A stretch of 64,000 bases of DNA from Patescibacteria group bacterium (GTDB lineage: Bacteria; Patescibacteriota; Patescibacteriia; Patescibacteriales; GWC2-42-12). A program made the position numbers and the translations under genes. This document shows, piece by piece, positions 58,882 to 64,000 of the stretch. The stretch's first letter is position 1, and every line of letters begins with the position of its first letter. The notes under the pieces were generated by a model. That model searched no databases. It was not told where the DNA came from and was given only the letters and a program-made list of their open reading frames with translations. The DNA lies in assembly GCA_041662965.1 (NCBI GenBank), contig JBAZRI010000004.1, positions 7,305 through 71,304 of the forward strand, written 5' to 3'.

Positions 58882-60066
58882 TTATCTTTTTATCTTTAAC
58901 CAATAAGCCCCAAGCAAGGTAGCAATCGGCATTGACATAGCTACGCCGATACTACCGACCAATGTTCTGACGATTTCAGTGGCGATAATTTCATTATTGA
59001 TTACTTGGCTATAAGACAAAAATGGTTCTTGGTGAATTATAAACAAAAGCAATAATGGCAAGGAAACGCCAGCATAAGTTAAAAATAAAGTATTGACCAT
59101 TGTTCCCAGATGAGTATTACCCACCTTAAAAGCGGCTTTAAACACCTGGCTACTATCCATTTGCGGATTGGCTTCTTTAATTTGTTTTACCACCTCAATT
59201 TGGCTAACAATAACATCATCTAAAACACCGATGGCACCGATCAGCATGCCGGCTAATAATAAACCCTGAAAATTAATTGCATTCTTAGTTAAACCGATTA
59301 AATAAACTGTTTCATCTTGAGTCATGCCCGACAATCTGGTTAATTTTGTAAATAACACCGAGAAGATTAATGTAATAAATAAAGATATAAGGACACTCAA
59401 TACTGATAAATGTGATTTCTGCTTCCAGCCTTCGGTTAAATAAATCATTATAGTCAAGATAAAAAAGGCGCCGATAAGGCCAATATACAACGGGTTGCTT
59501 CCGTCTAATATTTTTGGCAGAATGAATTTAATGATAATAAAAAAACTAATAACTAAGCCTAGCAATGATTTTATCCCTTTCTTCCTGCCAATTAAAATAA
59601 TTATCGCGCAAAAAATGACTCCCAATAAATACAAATATCCTCGCCTAATAAAATCGGTAATATAATATTTTTCTTTGCCCTCAATGTCTGTAGATTTCTG
59701 CACCAGGACTTTATCGCCCACTTTATATATTCCGGCGCTGGCTACTTCAATATCGGAAATTCCTTCAAATTTTATTTCTTTATCTTTCCATTTTCCGTTT
59801 AAGCCTTTTAATAATAAATTCTGCTGGGTCGCTTTAGAGCCATCTTCCCGGTTAATTTCTTTTTGGTCTAAAATTTTTATTACTTTCGCTTCAAAAGTTT
59901 CTTCAGTGCTTGACAGTGGCGTGTCTTGTTCCGGCGGCATGGTTTCTTCTAAAATATTTTCTTCGTTATAATTTTCTGTTTCGTTGTTTTGAGCATAAGA
60001 AAAATTAGGAGTAAAAAAAACCACGCTAAATAAAATTATCAAGTACAGAAAAAAATATTTTTTCAT
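58882..60066 (-). CDS. YibE/F family membrane protein
   Basis: Signal peptide, extracellular N-domain and ~7 TM helices; GAIGVLDDVIVSQ motif. Confidence 0.7.
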   Translation of the reverse strand: MKKYFFLYLIILFSVVFFTPNFSYAQNNETENYNEENILEETMPPEQDTPLSSTEETFEAKVIKILDQKEINREDGSKATQQNLLLKGLNGKWKDKEIKFEGISDIEVASAGIYKVGDKVLVQKSTDIEGKEKYYITDFIRRGYLYLLGVIFCAIIILIGRKKGIKSLLGLVISFFIIIKFILPKILDGSNPLYIGLIGAFFILTIMIYLTEGWKQKSHLSVLSVLISLFITLIFSVLFTKLTRLSGMTQDETVYLIGLTKNAINFQGLLLAGMLIGAIGVLDDVIVSQIEVVKQIKEANPQMDSSQVFKAAFKVGNTHLGTMVNTLFLTYAGVSLPLLLLFIIHQEPFLSYSQVINNEIIATEIVRTLVGSIGVAMSMPIATLLGAYWLKIKR

Positions 60067-60075
60067 AATTAAAAC

Positions 60076-60483
60076 TTAGTCATCTAAACACATTGATTTT
60101 TTTGAGATTGTCCCCATAATTATTTGTTTAACACAGCCGGTTGGAAAATTATTTGCATAACATGTTCCGACTATATTATTTATAGGTTTATTGGCAAGTG
60201 TTGTTTTTTGTTCTTCGGTTAATACTGGCGGAAAACACACTCCGCTTTCGCATTGAGCTCCATCAGTACATATTTCACCAGCCTTTTTATCAGATAAAAG
60301 ACAATTCTTTTGATTATCAGACCATTCCCCGCCAGCACTTTCGCAAAATTGTTTATTTTTTTGCGGATGATGTTCAGGCAATGATGAATAATAAAAACCT
60401 AAAGCAATTCCCAATAAAATAACGGCTGCGAAGATTACAAAGATAATTATTATCTTTTTATTCGCGTATCTTAAAACTTTCAT
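60076..60483 (-). CDS. Anchored Cys-rich small protein
   Basis: 135 aa, N-terminal TM helix, 8 Cys residues. Confidence 0.6.
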   Translation of the reverse strand: MKVLRYANKKIIIIFVIFAAVILLGIALGFYYSSLPEHHPQKNKQFCESAGGEWSDNQKNCLLSDKKAGEICTDGAQCESGVCFPPVLTEEQKTTLANKPINNIVGTCYANNFPTGCVKQIIMGTISKKSMCLDD

Positions 60484-60487
60484 ATTT

Positions 60488-61249
60488 TTATTTCTTAGTT
60501 AATATTTTATTAGCGATTGATATTAAACTTTTGGTTATATTAGAATTATTATCCATAGCGAAAGGCTTGCCATTATCGCCGGAAATTACGATTTCCGAAT
60601 CTATCGGGATAGCTCCTAAAAATGGTATTTTATACTGCTTAGCAATTTTTGATCCGCCACCTTTTTTAAATAAATTTATTGTCTTGCCGCAATGCGGACA
60701 TTCCAGGCCGCTCATATTTTCAATTATACCATGAATTTTAAGTTTTAATTCTTTAGCAAAATTTATCGCTTTTTTTGAATCCAACAGTGATACATCTTGC
60801 GGAGTAGTAACTATAACCGCTCCGGACTTGGGCAATAGTTGAGCGATTGAAAGCGGTTCGTCGCCTGTGCCTGGCGGAGAATCAACTATCAGCCAGTCTA
60901 AATTTCCCCAGGTTACATCTTTAACAAATCTCTCAATAATTTTCATCTTAGCCGGGCCTCGCCAAATAATCGGGGCGTCTAATCTTGAAATGAAATAAGC
61001 CATTGAAACCAATGATAAATTTTTACTTATTTCTACTGGCAAAATTAGATTTTGGCCATAAGGAAAAACTGCCTTATCCTGCGCTCCAAGCATTAAGGCT
61101 AAGCTCGGGCCGTGGATATCGGCATCAAGCAAGCCAACTTTTAAACCTTTTTTCGCAAAAGTAATAGCTAAGTTAACAGCTACCGTTGATTTGCCCACGC
61201 CACCTTTGCCGGAAAAAACCAGCAAAGTATTTTTTATTTTATTTTCCAT
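60488..61249 (-). CDS. Mrp/NBP35 family ATP-binding Fe-S cluster carrier
   Basis: SGKGGVGKSTVAVNLA Walker A and the CPHCG motif. Confidence 0.88.
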   Translation of the reverse strand: MENKIKNTLLVFSGKGGVGKSTVAVNLAITFAKKGLKVGLLDADIHGPSLALMLGAQDKAVFPYGQNLILPVEISKNLSLVSMAYFISRLDAPIIWRGPAKMKIIERFVKDVTWGNLDWLIVDSPPGTGDEPLSIAQLLPKSGAVIVTTPQDVSLLDSKKAINFAKELKLKIHGIIENMSGLECPHCGKTINLFKKGGGSKIAKQYKIPFLGAIPIDSEIVISGDNGKPFAMDNNSNITKSLISIANKILTKK

Positions 61250-61252
61250 AAA

Positions 61253-61993
61253 TTAATGATCTAAAAATTTAACTATAAACATTAACAATATTCCTAAAAT
61301 AAATATTACATATGTTGCGGCTGATTTTTTTACATCTTTTTCGCCTCTTATTTCCGGAATGAGGTCGGAGGCGGCAATGTAGACGAATCCGCCGGCGGCA
61401 ATCGGTAAAATATATGGCAAAAAACCATCCAAGGACGAAAAGAAAAAATAACCGACAACGCCTCCTAGTATAACTGTTAAAGCTACTAAATAATTCACTA
61501 TCAAGGCTAACCTATATTTAAAACCGGCATGTATTAAAACTCCGAAGTCGCCCATTTCCTGCGGAATTTCATGCGCCGCTATTGCCAAGGTTGTTGCCAA
61601 TCCTAAATGTATATTAACCATAAAAGCGCCGGCAATAATCAATCCATCAATAAAATTATGAATACTGTCGCCCACTAAATTCATATAACCGAACGAATGT
61701 ATCGGGCAGTCTTCTTTATGGCAATGCCGCCAAAAAAGTAATTTCTCAATCAGGAAAAAACCGGCAAAGGAAATTAAAAAAATTATAAATAATAAATTTA
61801 TATCAATTTTTTCTGCCGCTTCCGGCATTAAATGCAAAAAAGCACCGCCCATCAGTGTGCCGGCAGAAAAGGCTACTAAAAATTTTACAATCTTACCTAG
61901 AAACTCTTTTTTAAAAAACATAAACAGGACGGCGACCCAAACACATAGGGTAATAAGAAAAGTAGAAAATACTATCGCTAAGAATGTAGGCAT
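61253..61993 (-). CDS. ZIP family metal (zinc) transporter
   Basis: HNFIDGL and HEIPQEMGDFGVL motifs. Confidence 0.85.
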   Translation of the reverse strand: MPTFLAIVFSTFLITLCVWVAVLFMFFKKEFLGKIVKFLVAFSAGTLMGGAFLHLMPEAAEKIDINLLFIIFLISFAGFFLIEKLLFWRHCHKEDCPIHSFGYMNLVGDSIHNFIDGLIIAGAFMVNIHLGLATTLAIAAHEIPQEMGDFGVLIHAGFKYRLALIVNYLVALTVILGGVVGYFFFSSLDGFLPYILPIAAGGFVYIAASDLIPEIRGEKDVKKSAATYVIFILGILLMFIVKFLDH

Positions 61994-61999
61994 AATTTT

Positions 62000-62293
62000 T
62001 TATTTTTTCTTAATTATTTTTATTGCCTTGCCGTTAACCAGAGCATCGGCGATTTTTTTATACGCTGAATAAAGTATCCTTTGATAGGTGCTTTGAGAAG
62101 TATGCATTTTTTCGGCCGCCTCTTGCTGTTCCATGTCGTTAATATGGCGCAAACGGTAGGCTTCCATTTCTTCAGTGGTAAGTTCTACAATTTCAAGCTC
62201 CCTCATAGGCACGCCTTGAGGTTTGAAATAAGTTATATTCGGATTAAAACTAATTTTTCTGCAAAGTCTTGGTCTAGACATATTATTTTTCAA
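62000..62293 (-). CDS. DUF134 (UPF0251) DNA-binding protein
   Basis: [18 protein letters not shown].......[11 protein letters not shown].......QEAAEKM..SQST. The start may instead be the internal Met (62281). Confidence 0.8.
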   Translation of the reverse strand: MKNNMSRPRLCRKISFNPNITYFKPQGVPMRELEIVELTTEEMEAYRLRHINDMEQQEAAEKMHTSQSTYQRILYSAYKKIADALVNGKAIKIIKKK

Positions 62294-62828
62294 TAAAAAC
62301 TGCTACCGCAATTGCAGTAGTCCAAAGGCCTGTTTTATTTCCTTCCGCAGATTGGGTTATATTAGTTGTTTTAAAAATATAACCGGAGGCTTTATATACT
62401 TGCTCTCTTTCTTCCCATGCGGTATTAGAATTAAATTCAATTCCCATGGTTGTGGCCAACATTGTTGCCGCCAAATCTTCCGCATATTCTCCGGTTTTTT
62501 CTCTTTTTTCTCCAAAAGCATGATGCTCTGAAAGATAGCCATATTGTTTACCATCTTTAGGAATAGCTAGCCCGATAGACGCTGAGGTTAACCTGTTTGG
62601 TTCGTTACTTTCATTTCTCGCCATAACACAATAAGTTATTTCCCCCGGATTTAATAGTTTAATACCCTCGTCCTTTGATATCATTTTACAATTTGGAGGA
62701 AAAATAGAGGAAACACAAACTAAATTGCATTTTTCAATTCCAGCATTTCTCAAAGCCAATTCAAAACTTGCTAATTTATCCTTATGCACACCGACACCTT
62801 TTGTTAAAAAAACTTTTTTGGGAATCAT
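62283..62828 (-). CDS. pdaD: Pyruvoyl-dependent arginine decarboxylase
   Basis: [33 protein letters not shown], including the self-cleavage SS site. Confidence 0.85.
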   Translation of the reverse strand: MIPKKVFLTKGVGVHKDKLASFELALRNAGIEKCNLVCVSSIFPPNCKMISKDEGIKLLNPGEITYCVMARNESNEPNRLTSASIGLAIPKDGKQYGYLSEHHAFGEKREKTGEYAEDLAATMLATTMGIEFNSNTAWEEREQVYKASGYIFKTTNITQSAEGNKTGLWTTAIAVAVFIEK

Positions 62829-62946
62829 ATATTTTCTAAATCACTATTTGCTTAATATTGAATAAATTTAATAACAATGCTATTATTTTGTTGAAAGAAG
62901 GCCACCCGGCCCCTTTTTACAAAGAGGCCGGTTCCCGCGCCTTCTT

Positions 62947-63183
62947 TTATTTTTGCTGGTCTTTTAAGGCTGTTTTTTCTTTTTTTACAGCTACTAATTC
63001 TTCTTCAAGTATTTTTTCTTCGTCTTCCAAAGCTGCTAGTTCATTTTTAGGAGAAATAAATCTCCTAAAACCGAAACCCCCACGGCAACCACGACCTAGT
63101 CTCATACCGCCCCCGCAAGGGCCTAGACCTCGGCCAGTTCCAGCGCCTTGTCCCATTGGACCAGTCCCATTTAATTTTGGCAT
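62947..63183 (-). CDS. DUF5320-like Gly-rich/coiled-coil small protein
   Basis: MPKLNGTGPMGQGAGTGRGLGPCGGG... with the SD AAGGGAGGTG. The track ORF start upstream overlaps the promoter. Confidence 0.75.
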   Translation of the reverse strand: MPKLNGTGPMGQGAGTGRGLGPCGGGMRLGRGCRGGFGFRRFISPKNELAALEDEEKILEEELVAVKKEKTALKDQQK

Positions 63184-63247
63184 AATTTTTTTCACCTCCC
63201 TTCTTAATTTTAATAGATAACTCGACCTTTGCCCGCTATCTATTATG

Positions 63248-63276
63248 AATATACACCCATAACATTTTATTGTCAA
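63248..63276 (-). promoter_or_regulatory. Promoter of the cassette-C operon
   Basis: On the minus strand: TTGACA (63271-63276), 17-nt spacer, TATATT (63248-63253). Confidence 0.55.
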
Positions 63277-63338
63277 TATTTTAAAAATTTAATAAAACAA
63301 TCATAGAAGTTTAGGCGGCGCGCTGGCGAATAGCCAGC

Positions 63339-63612
63339 ACGAAAAAATACGGCGGGGCGGAAAAGCCCTCCTACGCCTTTCGGCTTCGGACGGGCAAGCG
63401 GGCGGGCAAAAATTCCCTCCCCTTAAACCCCTTCCTTTTTGCCCGCCCGCTTTTTTGGGGGTGCGTGGGCTTTGCCCCCGATTGTCGCTTTTAAATTTTT
63501 TGTTTTAAATTCCTTTTCGCTTGCGCCGTGCCTTTGGCAGGCAAGTCCTTGCTTTGTGGATTAAATTCGGCAAGGCGAGGGTAAAAGTTCGCTGAAATTT
63601 TTTTTGGGGAGC
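63339..63612. repeat. Inverted repeat arm Z'
   Basis: Exact reverse complement of 58505-58778. Confidence 0.95.
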
Positions 63613-63838
63613 ATTGCTTAATGGAACGAACTCATCTCCAGTATTCCGCCTTAAGGCAGAAAAATTTTTAGACAGGTTTAAAGCCCCGCCCCGCACTTCG
63701 GGGGCGGGGCTTTGCATTTGAAGCGAATTAAAAAGATTTTTCCCTAAAACAAAAGAAATTTTAATGCTTTCGGGCGAATAGGTTATTTTTTGTTTTGAGG
63801 GCGGTATCAATTTTTTCTTTTTCTTTTTTTCAAATATT

Positions 63839-63975
63839 TGGTATAATAGGAGCGAACCCAATCCATACGCTCCGCGATTTTTTATTATAACTTAATTGTT
63901 GTAATACCAAAGGGGCAACTCCTGTCAATTTCGCGAAAGCGGGATTGGGTTCGCAGGGTTGCCCCTTTGGTTTTA
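63839..63975 (+). promoter_or_regulatory. Extended -10 promoter plus ~125-nt leader with mutually exclusive 13-bp helices (candidate attenuator, riboswitch or small RNA)
   Basis: TGgTATAAT at 63839-63847. P1 is GGAGCG/CGCTCC plus a U-run. Helix A pairs 63852-63864 with 63942-63954; helix B pairs 63907-63919 with 63958-63970 and is followed by UUUU. An ATG lies at 63981. Confidence 0.5.
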
Positions 63976-64000
63976 AAAATATGAATTATAAAAATTGCGC

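Noticed and set aside
50198-63861. ORFs made of repeat-arm sequence: 50198..50407, 56165..56362, 56271..56510, 58609..58809 and 63505..63861. The same applies to 35746..35976, which lies outside this span.
   Set aside because: They lie entirely in GC-rich hairpin repeats and occur as mirror copies on both strands. Their Pro/Arg/Gly/Ala-rich composition is typical of translated palindromes.

Overview
This is an AT-rich (~35-38% GC) bacterial window. About 60 of ~70 genes are on the minus strand. Gene content and repeat style suggest a Patescibacteria/CPR-like genome; this is my inference only, not a database result.

**Gene content, left to right**
- 1-33.5 kb, housekeeping: groES-groEL with a CIRCE operator, a complete F1Fo ATP synthase operon, tatD, tsaC, metG, rsmI, typA, nadK, pyrH, and a split PEP-utilising/RPH-like phosphotransferase locus.
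- 34.4-47.6 kb: an island of secreted and surface proteins (CARDB, Cys-rich MopE-like repeats, PKD-like repeats, M64-like and C39-like peptidases).
- 50.2-63.6 kb: an accessory block containing a modification-dependent nuclease operon, a C-R-M restriction-modification unit, a large serine recombinase and a metal/polyamine operon.

**Most unusual observations**
1. Three abutting, mismatch-free inverted-repeat pairs (133, 80 and 274 bp) share a GGCTCC junction and split that accessory block into three cassettes around the recombinase.
2. A ~100-nt hairpin element occurs in three copies, with invariant internal blocks and fully compensatory stem changes.
3. Several palindromic repeat families are present, and some are inserted in frame into conserved genes.
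4. Three GC-rich orphan gene cassettes each carry their own promoter.

I did not recognise any rRNA, tRNA or CRISPR array.
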